A DNA stretch of 59,491 nucleotides from Tubiluchus corallicola. Lineage: Eukaryota; Animalia; Priapulida. The position numbers were made by a program, and so were the translations under genes. A model generated the notes under the pieces. The model saw only the letters and a list, made by a program, of their open reading frames with translations, was not told where the DNA came from and made no database searches. The stretch is taken from contig JAQGDQ010002413.1 of NCBI GenBank assembly GCA_030141605.1, positions 1 through 59,491 of the forward strand, read 5' to 3'. Positions 1 through 9,548 of this stretch are shown one piece after another; the stretch's first letter is position 1; each line of letters begins with the position of its first letter.

Positions 1-27
1 TGAACAGTTTAATTCAGGGGAAGAGCT

Positions 28-1674
28 CCTGTTTTGTGCACCACAACGACGCCCCAAGAATGCACTACTGATTATCAGTAAGATAGGAATTTCAAATTTG
101 CATTTTGGGTGCTGCATGCTTAATTTTATGCATGTTTGTCCGAAAAAATAAGAATCGGAGTGGTTCTGTGAGTGTACAGATAATCTCAAAAAATCATGGT
201 AAATATAAGGTTGTAAAAACCGTAGGTTGCGCAAAAACAAAGCGGGAAGAAGAATTGCTTTTATTGCTTACCAACACAGAGATAGAGCGGCTTAGGGGCA
301 TGCAATCGCTTTTTGTTGAACACGATGATTTGGTGGTTGAAAACTTTGTGGACAGCATTGCAAACAATCATTTACAAGTTGTAGGAAGTGAATTAATTTT
401 AGGCAAAATTTATCAAGTCTTTAACTTTCCGGATGATGGGTGCTGCAATTATTTTCGCAACCTGGTATTATGTCGGTTAGTGTACCCGGGAAGCAAATTA
501 AAAACCGTTGACTATTTTAGACAGCACCTGAATACAGATGTTAGCGTACACACTATTTATCGTTTCCTTGACGAGCTAAATACAAGTTTAAAGCCACAAA
601 TTGAACAACTTACCTTTAAGCACACCAGGAAGCTACTAAAAGGAAAGATAAGTGTCGCATTTTATGATATGACCACATTGTATTTTGAGGTATCAGAAGA
701 AGATGACTACCGTATTCCCGGATTCAACAAAGATGGCAAGCATCAACAACCGCAAATAATGATAGGTTTACTGGTGGGTAAATATGGATACCCGATTGGC
801 TATCAAATATTCGAGGGAAACACCTCTGAAACAAAAACACTAATCCCTGTTCTGGAAGCCTTTCAAAATAAATTTAATATCGAAAGGCCTATTGTAGTTG
901 CCGATGCAGCTTTACTCTCGCAGAAGAACATAAATGCCTTGATTGAAAACAAATACGAGTACATACTTGGAGGACGGATAAAGAATGAAAGTCAAAAAAT
1001 AAAAGAAAAAATTATAGCTCTTGATATTAAAGAAAACAAGCCAGTTGAGTTGAAAAACAAGAATGGAAGGTTGATTATCAGCTTCTCAGAAAAAAGAGCC
1101 TTCAACGATAAAAAAAACAGAGAGAAGGGCTTAAAAAGACTTGAAAAACGTGTTGCTTCCGGCAAGCTAACAAAGAATCACATAAATAATCGCGGGTATA
1201 ATAAATATCTGAATCTGTCGGGGGAGATTGCCGTTAAAATCGACTACGATAAGTTCCAGTCAGATAGAGTTTGGGATGGGTTGAAGGGTTATGTAACCAA
1301 TACCCATTTACCGAGAAAAGATGTTATCGGGAATTATAGTCAGTTGTGGCAAGTGGAAAAAGCTTTTCGTATATCAAAAACTGATTTACGAATACGGCCA
1401 GTTTATCACCGCTTAAAAGAACGCATTGAAGCCCATATCTGTATTTGTTTCACAGCCTATGCCATTTACAAAGAGCTGGAAAGGTTATTGAAGGCAAATA
1501 ATATTGATATCTCTGCTGAAAAAGCCTTGGAACAAATCCGGCAGATCAGGCAGCTGCAATACACTCTGCCCAAATCGAAACAAGTCAGAACAAAAATATT
1601 ACAGCCAACTGAAATGCAAAAAAAGTTGTTAAATATGAAATTATAAACTTGGGTGCTGCAATGCACAAAACAGG
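28..1674 (+). mobile_element. IS1634-family insertion sequence, copy 1 (1647 bp), inserted in the 5' end of an IS256 transposase gene
   Basis: 13-bp terminal inverted repeats CCTGTTTTGTGCA (28-40) / TGCACAAAACAGG (1662-1674); near-identical copies at 26717-28362 and 42525-44171. Confidence 0.93.
132..1646 (+). CDS. IS1634-family DDE transposase (likely start ATG at 132, MFVRKNKNRSG; ORF track starts at 105)
   Basis: Motifs FYDMTTLYFE, GFNKDGK, VVADAAL, LKGYVTN, Y..LWQVEKAFR..K.DL.IRPVYH, RIEAHICICF typical of IS1634 transposases. Confidence 0.92.
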   Translation: MFVRKNKNRSGSVSVQIISKNHGKYKVVKTVGCAKTKREEELLLLLTNTEIERLRGMQSLFVEHDDLVVENFVDSIANNHLQVVGSELILGKIYQVFNFPDDGCCNYFRNLVLCRLVYPGSKLKTVDYFRQHLNTDVSVHTIYRFLDELNTSLKPQIEQLTFKHTRKLLKGKISVAFYDMTTLYFEVSEEDDYRIPGFNKDGKHQQPQIMIGLLVGKYGYPIGYQIFEGNTSETKTLIPVLEAFQNKFNIERPIVVADAALLSQKNINALIENKYEYILGGRIKNESQKIKEKIIALDIKENKPVELKNKNGRLIISFSEKRAFNDKKNREKGLKRLEKRVASGKLTKNHINNRGYNKYLNLSGEIAVKIDYDKFQSDRVWDGLKGYVTNTHLPRKDVIGNYSQLWQVEKAFRISKTDLRIRPVYHRLKERIEAHICICFTAYAIYKELERLLKANNIDISAEKALEQIRQIRQLQYTLPKSKQVRTKILQPTEMQKKLLNMKL

Positions 1675-2864
1675 AAGAAGATTTATTAAATGATGATTTC
1701 CTTGAACAGTTTAATTCAGGGGAAGAGCTCAATGGTTTTTTACAAGAGCTCCAAAAACGAGGCATTGAAAAGATGCTTGAAGGAGAACTCGATGGTCATT
1801 TAGGCTATGATAAGAATCAAAAATCGGATAATCAGAATGTCCGCAATGGCTATTCAGAGAAGAGAGTCCGAACCACTCTGGGAGAATCCAACATTCAGGT
1901 TCCCCGAGACCGTGATGCTTCGTTTAATCCGATGATTGTACCCAAAGGAGGGAACATGGTCGATGGCTTAGAGAATATCATTGTTTCGTTTTATGCTAAA
2001 GGAATGAGTAATAGCGATATTGAAGAGCAAATTCGGGAGCTATACGGTTTTGAAGTTTCTACATCCACCATATCAAGGATTACCGATTCAGTCACCAACG
2101 ACATTGTAGCGTGGCAGAACCGACCTCTGGAAATTGTATACCTAATTGTTTGGATGGATGGCATTGTATTTAAAGTGCGGGAGAACTCTAAGGTCGTCAA
2201 CAAAACCGTTTACATTGCCGTAGGACTTCGCAGAGATGGGAAAAAAGAGGTTCTTGGCTTATGGTTGGGCAAGAGTGAGTCCGCTGCCTTTTGGATGAAC
2301 GTACTTACCGATATGAAAGCCCGTGGAGTTAACGATATCCTGATTACGGCAACAGATAACTTGAATGGCTTTACAGATACTATCCGAACTGTTTTCCCTG
2401 AATCTAAAACACAAATATGTGTTGTTCATCAAATCCGTAACGCAAGCAGATACGTGGTTTGGAAAGATAAAAAGGCATTTACAAAAGATATGAAGCAAAT
2501 CTATAACGCCCCTACAAAAGAGGCTGCAAAAGCAGCTTTAGAAGATTTTGCAGCAGCTTGGGAGGATAAATACTCTTACGCAATTAAAAGCTGGCGAGAC
2601 AACTGGGAAGACCTAACAGTATTCTTTGAGTTTCCGCTGGAAATCAGAAAGATAATTTATACAACCAACCTGATTGAGAATCTCAACGGAAAAATCAGAA
2701 AATACACAAAAAACAAACTTTCATTCCCGTCAGACCAGGCTGTAATGAAATCTGTATTTTTGGCAACCAGAGAAGCAACTAAAAAATGGTCAATGCCAAT
2801 CAGAAACTGGGGCATTGTCTTGAATCAGTTCTTAGTTATATTTGAAAAAAGGGTCCAGCTATAA
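1653..2864 (+). CDS. IS256-family (Mutator-type) transposase; native MKK start replaced by MLQCTKQE read from the IS1634 right end
   Basis: [45 protein letters not shown] motifs; compare with 12204-13400. Confidence 0.85.
   Translation: MLQCTKQEEDLLNDDFLEQFNSGEELNGFLQELQKRGIEKMLEGELDGHLGYDKNQKSDNQNVRNGYSEKRVRTTLGESNIQVPRDRDASFNPMIVPKGGNMVDGLENIIVSFYAKGMSNSDIEEQIRELYGFEVSTSTISRITDSVTNDIVAWQNRPLEIVYLIVWMDGIVFKVRENSKVVNKTVYIAVGLRRDGKKEVLGLWLGKSESAAFWMNVLTDMKARGVNDILITATDNLNGFTDTIRTVFPESKTQICVVHQIRNASRYVVWKDKKAFTKDMKQIYNAPTKEAAKAALEDFAAAWEDKYSYAIKSWRDNWEDLTVFFEFPLEIRKIIYTTNLIENLNGKIRKYTKNKLSFPSDQAVMKSVFLATREATKKWSMPIRNWGIVLNQFLVIFEKRVQL
1675..1729 (+). repeat. Right copy of the target duplication of IS1634 copy 1 (55 bp inferred; 27 bp of the left copy visible at 1-27)
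   Basis: 1-27 is identical to 1703-1729; the rest of the left copy lies before the window start. Confidence 0.8.
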
Positions 2865-2916
2865 ATAGCCAAACCCTCGGTATTTTTTTAGTTTACACAC
2901 TTTGTGAAACAGTGTC
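1675..2916 (+). mobile_element. IS256-family element, copy 1 (interrupted by IS1634; left end outside the window)
   Basis: ~99% identical to 12115-13452; same right end TTTACACACTTTGTGAAACAGTGTC. Confidence 0.9.
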
Positions 2917-3066
2917 TTTCGGTGTGACCGTGCCACTCTTTTCGGTCAAACAGTGCCACTTTGAAAGATGCTACAGTAATACAATATTTTTAGTCAGTTA
3001 GCACTATCTAAAATCAGATTGTACTCTTTACTCCGGATTGGGTGTACACTTTCACCGGAATATTCA
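2917..3066. mobile_element. IS21-family-like end relic / MITE with no transposase
   Basis: Tandem TTTCGGT...GTGCCACT repeats (2917-2960) facing inverted repeats that end GTGTACACTTTCACCGGAATATTCA at 3066; TG..CA ends with subterminal repeats are typical of IS21. Confidence 0.6.
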
Positions 3067-3069
3067 TGA

Positions 3070-3795
3070 TCATAACTTAAAGTCTAGTTTCTTATTCTCT
3101 ATAAGATAAGTCATAAAGTCAAAATCAATAGGATGATCCAAGTCAAAACAAATATGAGGTACTACATAAATCATAGACCTTTCTGTAGCAGCTGTTTTTA
3201 ATCTTAAATCAAAAAATTCTTTACGGTAAATATAAAAAGATCCATTTAAGTCATAAACACTTGGTGCGGTTTGTCTTGAAAGGACATCATTTTCGGGCTT
3301 GCAAATCAATGAATAATATCCATTATTCTTTTTTTCTACCATATTAAAGTAGGGATTTCTATTTGCGAGACTGACTGAAAATAAATTTAAAGCATTAGCG
3401 TCAGACTCTATTAAATCTAAAGCATCCTGAATATCTTTCAAGGTCCTCAACGGAGAGCTTACATCCAAATCTAACAAATAGTCAAACTCACACTTAAAAT
3501 GGTCTTCAGAGAAGAAAAGTGCATCATATAACACATCTACTTTTCCTATAGTATCTGTTGCTAAAAAATCCGGACGTATATATGGACACTCTATACCCGC
3601 TTGTCTCGCACAGTCTAAAATTTCATTACAATCTGTGGATACTATAATTTCAACTTCATATTTCCATCTTTTTTTTAACTCAATTGCCTGCTCAAGAGAA
3701 TAATGCAAAAGTGGTTTCCCTAAAATTTTTTTTATGTTTTTTTTAGGAATTCCTTTAGATCCCCCTCGTGCGCATACGGTTATTAATATTTTCAT
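3070..3795 (-). CDS. Acylneuraminate (CMP-nonulosonate) cytidylyltransferase, NeuA/LegF-type
   Basis: CARGGSKGIPKKN, VSTD, SPLR, RQTAP..Y.LNGS motifs; operon context. Confidence 0.9.
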   Translation of the reverse strand: MKILITVCARGGSKGIPKKNIKKILGKPLLHYSLEQAIELKKRWKYEVEIIVSTDCNEILDCARQAGIECPYIRPDFLATDTIGKVDVLYDALFFSEDHFKCEFDYLLDLDVSSPLRTLKDIQDALDLIESDANALNLFSVSLANRNPYFNMVEKKNNGYYSLICKPENDVLSRQTAPSVYDLNGSFYIYRKEFFDLRLKTAATERSMIYVVPHICFDLDHPIDFDFMTYLIENKKLDFKL

Positions 3796-4836
3796 TTATC
3801 TAATATGTTTTTCGATTTCTTGTGCTTTATTATAATCTTCATGTCTTCCAATATCAATCCAATAACCAAAAATTGGATTTTGTATAACATTGCCTCCACT
3901 ATCCAATACATCCTGAATTAAGTCTGTAATATTATAAAACTCATTATAAGGAACTCGCTTAACTATTTCTTTTTTTAGAATATATATGCCTGCATTAGCA
4001 TAGTATGTATTATTAGGTTTTTCTTTAAAGGACAATACTCTATTACCATCTCCATCAAAAATAGCATATGGAATATTTACTGTGTAGGGTACTGACGAAA
4101 TTCCTATTTCGGCGTAAGCATTCAAAGTATTCAGGTATAAATCCTCAAAGTCAACATCAGTAAATAAGTCACTATTCATTACCAGAATGTGATCAGACTG
4201 AAAATTAGTCACCAAAGATAATGCTCCTGCAGTACCTAAAGGTTTGTCTTCCCAAACATATTCAATTGAAACTCCTTTTGAAGATCCATCTCCAAGATAA
4301 TCTACAATTTGCTGCCCCAGATATTTAACAGATATATAAAATTTTTCAATTCCATACCTGACTAACCGATCAATATTGTGTTCAATAATGGGCTTATTCC
4401 CCAATGGTAACATGGGCTTTGGCTTGATTTCTGTAAGTGGTCGTAATCGTTTTCCTTTTCCTCCAGCCATAATCATACACTCAAGCGGAAGGATACTTTT
4501 TCGCTTCTTCAGATCATAAACCTTTATTATGCGCTGGTGCTCATCAAGAAGAGGAAGTAACCTTATGCCTAAATCACGTACTCTTCTAAGATCCCATACT
4601 GAAAAGCCATTTTCTATTTTATGAAATCTAGTTGACATAAATGCCGTAACCATATCATTCACAGATAAACCGTTAATCAACCCCCTGCGAATATCACCAT
4701 CAGTAAGTGTTCCTGTTAAACATTTATTTTCATCTAGAACAAATAGTGTCAAAGTTTTTGGAACTTTATTTAATTTCTTCAAGGCTTCTAGAGCACTTTC
4801 TGAATGGTATATTATACTTTTAGAGAAATCATTCAT
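3796..4836 (-). CDS. CBS-domain nucleotidyltransferase (PtmE-like sugar-1-phosphate guanylyltransferase)
   Basis: GTLTDGDIRR CBS region; MAGGKGKRLRPLT..KPKPM, EDKPLGTAG, FKEKP, WIDIG. Confidence 0.88.
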   Translation of the reverse strand: MNDFSKSIIYHSESALEALKKLNKVPKTLTLFVLDENKCLTGTLTDGDIRRGLINGLSVNDMVTAFMSTRFHKIENGFSVWDLRRVRDLGIRLLPLLDEHQRIIKVYDLKKRKSILPLECMIMAGGKGKRLRPLTEIKPKPMLPLGNKPIIEHNIDRLVRYGIEKFYISVKYLGQQIVDYLGDGSSKGVSIEYVWEDKPLGTAGALSLVTNFQSDHILVMNSDLFTDVDFEDLYLNTLNAYAEIGISSVPYTVNIPYAIFDGDGNRVLSFKEKPNNTYYANAGIYILKKEIVKRVPYNEFYNITDLIQDVLDSGGNVIQNPIFGYWIDIGRHEDYNKAQEIEKHIR

Positions 4837-5989
4837 CTCCTGATATTTTACAATCGTAGAAAATTTTCTTAATATCTATTGAGCTTGTTTCTTTTAGGAT
4901 TTTCAATATTTTTTCTGAAGCAGTTCCGTTTCCATAAGGATATCCTCTTTTGATATTCCGATTAAACTGAAAGGCCTTTTCTATTGATTTCCTGATGCTA
5001 TTTTTATTAGGCTCACAGTTTAAAATGGTTTCTCCCATGATTCGTCCTTTTTGTCTGTCTCCAATATTAACAGTAGGCATATTAAAAGCGGGTGCTTCAA
5101 GAATTCCACTCGAAGAGTTACCTATAACAATATCTACATGTTTCATAGTAGAAAGGTATCTTAATTGCCCTAAAGATTCAAATTCAACAGATCTTTCAGG
5201 ATATTTTTTTACAAAAGTATCTATCATATGAGTTATGATTCTCCCTCCTTTATCAGAGTTTGGCTTTGTAAAAATAATATGAGTATCCGGTAATTCTTCA
5301 AAAACCTTTAACAGTTCATTAAACTGTTCTTGTGCTGTCAAATTTTCCAATGTTACAGGATGGAAGGTGGCCAAGATGTTCTTTTTCCCTAGTTTAAAAC
5401 CAATTGCTTTTTCAAGATCCTTTTTATTTAATAATTTTAGGTGTTTTATGTTATCTAGGCCTATTGCTCCTACATTGAAAACAGTAGAGGGCTGTTCTCC
5501 CAATTGGATAACTCTTTTACGATAATCTTCTGTTGAGGTAAAGTGTAGATGACTCATTTTTGTTATTGAATGTCTTATCGCATCATCATAAACACCTTCT
5601 GTTAATTCTCCCCCATGTATGTGAGCAATGGGAATTCCTGCGATTAACGCGGAGCTGGCTACTGCAAAAGCCTCTGTTCTGTCTCCCAATATTATGAGTA
5701 AGTCTGGCTCTAGACCTTCTAAAGCTTCTGCGAATGAGATTTGTGCCAGTCCTATTGTTTTAGAAATTCCTACTGCTGTATCAGAAGAAAGCAATATTTC
5801 AATTTTTTTGTCTATCGAGAACCCATCTTTTTCTATCTCCTTATAAGTCAATCCAAACTCAGGTGATAAATGCATACCTGTTGCTATTAGCTGCAGTTTT
5901 AACTGGTCATCATGTTTGAGTTTTTTTATTAGCTGAAAAAGCAAACCATATTCTGCCCGTGTACCAGTAAATACGCATATTTTTTTCAT
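4829..5989 (-). CDS. neuC: Hydrolysing NDP-N-acetylhexosamine 2-epimerase (NeuC/LegG)
   Basis: TGTRAEYG, GMHLSPEFG, LGDRTE, HIHGGE, GNSSSG, IGDRQKGR. Confidence 0.93.
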   Translation of the reverse strand: MKKICVFTGTRAEYGLLFQLIKKLKHDDQLKLQLIATGMHLSPEFGLTYKEIEKDGFSIDKKIEILLSSDTAVGISKTIGLAQISFAEALEGLEPDLLIILGDRTEAFAVASSALIAGIPIAHIHGGELTEGVYDDAIRHSITKMSHLHFTSTEDYRKRVIQLGEQPSTVFNVGAIGLDNIKHLKLLNKKDLEKAIGFKLGKKNILATFHPVTLENLTAQEQFNELLKVFEELPDTHIIFTKPNSDKGGRIITHMIDTFVKKYPERSVEFESLGQLRYLSTMKHVDIVIGNSSSGILEAPAFNMPTVNIGDRQKGRIMGETILNCEPNKNSIRKSIEKAFQFNRNIKRGYPYGNGTASEKILKILKETSSIDIKKIFYDCKISGDE

Positions 5990-6738
5990 ATTTTATATCG
6001 TTTATATAGAATAGGGATTACTATTCTGTTTACTAAAGAGAATATACGGGTTCCAACATAAGATCTGGTAAGTGCTCTTACTTGATTATATATGGTACTT
6101 GCATTCATTCTAAAATCAATTAATCCGTCATTTTTATTTCTTTTCCTCCAATAATTAGCCAAACTATGATTCTGTTTTTCTCTTTTGTACGTACCATTAC
6201 ATAATTCTGGATAAACCTTTTCTACTTGCTCTACTCCTGTTCTCACTATTTTGTTGTATAAACTATAAGCATCATCTGAACTTGATACATCAACCTCGGA
6301 TTGTGATAGGATATCTCCATCATCAGCTCCTTCGGACATGAAGAAGAAAGTAGAAGTAGATACCTCTAAACCTAATGCCAAGGTCCAGATCAGGAGATGC
6401 CTCCCTCTATTCATAGGTAGTTTCGCTGGATGGAAGCCAACAACTCCCATTTTAGGAGTATTCAAAACTTCTTTTTTTAATAGTTGAGACCACCCAAAGC
6501 AAAAGATAATATCTGGGGTTTTTTCTTTTATCCAGTTTATATTCTCCTCTTTGTTTATATTGTCTACATATTTAAAAGGAAGTTCGTTTTTTGTAGCTAT
6601 TTCTGACAGATCAACAAAGTCTGAATTAAAGTCTGATTCTTCTTTAGTTATGACTCCAACAATATTTGCTTTTAGCTCTATCAGTTTTGACAGAATCTTT
6701 TCACTAAACAAAACTGTTCCTATAAAAACAATCTTCAT
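5986..6738 (-). CDS. Sugar N-formyltransferase (Fmt-like), probably C-terminally truncated
   Basis: FCFGWSQLL, GFHPAKLP.NRG, ADDGDI motifs; family similarity appears to stop after VRALTRSYVG. Confidence 0.75.
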   Translation of the reverse strand: MKIVFIGTVLFSEKILSKLIELKANIVGVITKEESDFNSDFVDLSEIATKNELPFKYVDNINKEENINWIKEKTPDIIFCFGWSQLLKKEVLNTPKMGVVGFHPAKLPMNRGRHLLIWTLALGLEVSTSTFFFMSEGADDGDILSQSEVDVSSSDDAYSLYNKIVRTGVEQVEKVYPELCNGTYKREKQNHSLANYWRKRNKNDGLIDFRMNASTIYNQVRALTRSYVGTRIFSLVNRIVIPILYKRYKI

Positions 6739-6766
6739 ATTATAATTGTAATTATTAATCTATTTC

Positions 6767-7774
6767 CTATATTTCAATCAATTCGTCTTTTTCAAATGAT
6801 CTTTTAGCTACCTTTCCCAGTATTTCATTCCACTTCATTGGGCTCATTCCTTTTCCCGGACGTTTAACAGTCAGGTTTTCGTCAGTAAATACCTCGCCTT
6901 TCGTTATTTTCTTTGCTGCTACAATACTTTTTCGAGCAATATTTATATTTTTTTGTTCGCTCGGGCTTGGTTCTTTTATGCCTGATCCAGAAATAGCTAA
7001 TTCTACATTTCGAATTGCTTCGATCATTGTTTTCAACTCACCAGGCTCTAGAGATGCTCTATGATCCGGGCCATCCATGTTTCTATCAAGTGTAAAATGC
7101 TTTTCTATTACCTTTGCTCCAAGGGCTACTGCTGCTATAGACACTTCAATTCCTAAAGTATGATCTGAGTAGCCTATAGTAACTCCAAGGTTTTCTTTGA
7201 TAGTATTCATGGCTTTTAAATTTACATCTCGCATTGGAGTGGGGTATTCTGTATTACAGTGCAATACAGTTATGTCGTTTTTACTTATCCCTTCTTCTGT
7301 AAAAACATCTAACACCTTCTTTATTTCTTCCATATTTGCCATACCTGTACTTACAATAAGTGGTTTCCCTTTTTTAGCAATATGTTGTAGGTATGGTTTA
7401 TTGGTAATCTCTCCAGAAGGAATTTTAAAAAAGGGGATGTTGAGCTCTGCAAGAAAGTCTATACTTGGATGATCAAAACCTGTTGCAAGAAAACCTATGT
7501 GATTATTTCTGCAAATTTGCTGAAGTTGCTCAAACTGTTCAAAGCTTAGTTCTAATTTCCGCACCATCTCTAACTGCGTTTCTGAACTATCACTTGTATT
7601 CTTTTTTTGGTATACTGCTTTCTCTGCGGTTTCTACTATATTTAATTCTGCTATAAAGACTTGAAATTTTACATAGTCAGCTCCAGCTTTAGCTGCTTCA
7701 ATTATTAGCTTCTTAGCAATTTGAAGGTTTCCGTTATGGTTTACTCCTGCTTCTGCAATTATTAACGTTTTCAC
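6767..7774 (-). CDS. neuB: Nonulosonic acid synthase (NeuB/LegI)
   Basis: IIAEAGVNHNG, KIPSGEITN, LHCNTEYP, GYSDHT, IEKHFTLD, C-terminal SAF domain. Confidence 0.95.
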   Translation of the reverse strand: MKTLIIAEAGVNHNGNLQIAKKLIIEAAKAGADYVKFQVFIAELNIVETAEKAVYQKKNTSDSSETQLEMVRKLELSFEQFEQLQQICRNNHIGFLATGFDHPSIDFLAELNIPFFKIPSGEITNKPYLQHIAKKGKPLIVSTGMANMEEIKKVLDVFTEEGISKNDITVLHCNTEYPTPMRDVNLKAMNTIKENLGVTIGYSDHTLGIEVSIAAVALGAKVIEKHFTLDRNMDGPDHRASLEPGELKTMIEAIRNVELAISGSGIKEPSPSEQKNINIARKSIVAAKKITKGEVFTDENLTVKRPGKGMSPMKWNEILGKVAKRSFEKDELIEI

Positions 7775-7780
7775 AATTAT

Positions 7781-8410
7781 TTAATTTTTCTTATGGGCTC
7801 TCCTGAATATATCCCTGGTTGGTTTATTGGTTACATTACTCCCAGCTGAAATTATTGAATTATCAGCAACATTAATATTATTTGCGAGTACAGTATTACT
7901 TCCCACAAAGCATTCATTCCCTAAATGCGTTTGACCATTAATGACTGCGTTCGTAGAAATATGACAATGGTCTCCCACTACCACTTCATGCTCAAGCAAG
8001 CATCCTGTGTTCAAGATACAGTTGTGTCCAACAACAGCTTCTGCATTTACAGTGGTTCTATGCATAATGATACTACCAGCTCCAACTTGTGCATATTCAC
8101 TTACATAGGCTAAAGGCGATTTTATTATAGGTAATTCTACACCTAATTTTTTCAATCTGTTAAAAAATTTCTTTCTCAAGTTCGCGTTTTTAATCTGCCC
8201 GACAGTTATTAGAAAGTAGTTATACTTTTGGGCAAGAAGTGTTAAATCTTCATCAGAAGCAATAATTGGATATCCTAGTACTTTTTCCCCAATTTTCTCG
8301 GGCAAATCAACAATTCCTGCAATTGTATATTTATTTTCTTGTTCAATTACATCTATACAAGACTTACAGTGCCCACCACCACCAACAAGAATAATTTCTT
8401 TTTTATCCAT
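7781..8410 (-). CDS. NeuD/PglD-family hexapeptide acetyltransferase, with a frameshift near the C-terminus
   Basis: GGGGHCKSCID, hexapeptide repeats, EHE..VGDHCH; a family-like tail INQPGIYSGEPIRKIK* lies in another frame ending at 7777. Confidence 0.85.
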   Translation of the reverse strand: MDKKEIILVGGGGHCKSCIDVIEQENKYTIAGIVDLPEKIGEKVLGYPIIASDEDLTLLAQKYNYFLITVGQIKNANLRKKFFNRLKKLGVELPIIKSPLAYVSEYAQVGAGSIIMHRTTVNAEAVVGHNCILNTGCLLEHEVVVGDHCHISTNAVINGQTHLGNECFVGSNTVLANNINVADNSIISAGSNVTNKPTRDIFRRAHKKN

Positions 8411-9548
8411 TACTAATTACACTACTAGGTATATTTACAACTTTTTCTTCTAACCACTCTGCATTATCTGAAGAAGCTACCTCACAATCTTTATACATAG
8501 CCAGCTTATGCATTAACTTCCAAATTGGACGTGTCATAACTCCCTTTTCGTTTGTATATGTCAAAAACTTTTCTCTTTCTTCAAAGTTATTGAAGACAAT
8601 AGACATTAACCAGTAGTTTGCAAATGCATCTTTTTCTTCTGTCAAGAATCGGATGTTGGTTTTTTCAAAAAGATCAGCATACTTACGCGCCTGAGTTCTT
8701 TTTCGTTTTATAAAATCATCCAGTTGTTCCAGCTGTGCGCAAGCCATTGCTGCATTCAAGTTAGGCATTCGATAATTGTAGGCTGGCATATCATGTATAT
8801 ACTCCCATTTATGAGGGACTTTTGCTGTTGTTGTAATGTGTTTTGCCAGTTTAGCTAGTTTTTCGTCATTTGTGGTAATTGCTCCACCTCCCCCACAAGT
8901 AACGGTTTTATTTCCATTAAAACTAAAGATCCCCAGATTTCCAAAACTCCCTGTTGCTTGTCCTTTGTATTTACTTCCTATTGATTCTGCTGCGTCCTCA
9001 ACCACTTGAATGTTATGGGTATTGCATATTTCTACTATTTTATCAATCCTACAGGGAAAACCAAAAGTGTGCATCGGCACACATGCTGTAACTTGTCTTC
9101 CGGTATTTTTGTTAATACAGAAACCTCCTCTTTGTTCTGTTTTGTTTTCTAAGAAATCTCTCAACGCATCTGGAGAAAGGCCAAGTGTTGTTTTATCAAC
9201 ATCTACAAACACGGGAACAGCACCTGTATAAGTAATTGCATTAGCAGTAGCCACAAAGGTTAATGGCTGGGTGATGACTTCTGTGCCTTTTTTCACTCCG
9301 GAAAGTATCAGTGCAATATGCAAAGAGGCTGTTCCGTTTACAGTTGCCACAGCATAACGTGTTCCTGCTACTTCTGCCATCATGGTTTCGAAACGGTTCA
9401 CATATTCTCCTACTGAAGAAACAAATGTTGAGTCAATTGCATCCATAACATACTTTCGCTCATTGCCATAGAATCTCGGTTCGTGAAGAGGAATAAAGCT
9501 TTCTGTGTTATAGAGTTTTCTTATATAGGTTACAATATCTTTATACAT
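8403..9548 (-). CDS. legC: LegC-family PLP aminotransferase
   Basis: IPLHEP.F.GNE, FVSSVG, EDAAES.GS, SFNGNK..T.GGGG, YNYRMPNLNAA. Confidence 0.92.
   Translation of the reverse strand: MYKDIVTYIRKLYNTESFIPLHEPRFYGNERKYVMDAIDSTFVSSVGEYVNRFETMMAEVAGTRYAVATVNGTASLHIALILSGVKKGTEVITQPLTFVATANAITYTGAVPVFVDVDKTTLGLSPDALRDFLENKTEQRGGFCINKNTGRQVTACVPMHTFGFPCRIDKIVEICNTHNIQVVEDAAESIGSKYKGQATGSFGNLGIFSFNGNKTVTCGGGGAITTNDEKLAKLAKHITTTAKVPHKWEYIHDMPAYNYRMPNLNAAMACAQLEQLDDFIKRKRTQARKYADLFEKTNIRFLTEEKDAFANYWLMSIVFNNFEEREKFLTYTNEKGVMTRPIWKLMHKLAMYKDCEVASSDNAEWLEEKVVNIPSSVISNG

Noticed and set aside
1466-2498. Antisense ORFs repeated in the IS copies (also 12527-13034, 28154-28354, 42533-42733)
   Set aside because: They recur only because the IS is repeated; shadow frames of the transposases.
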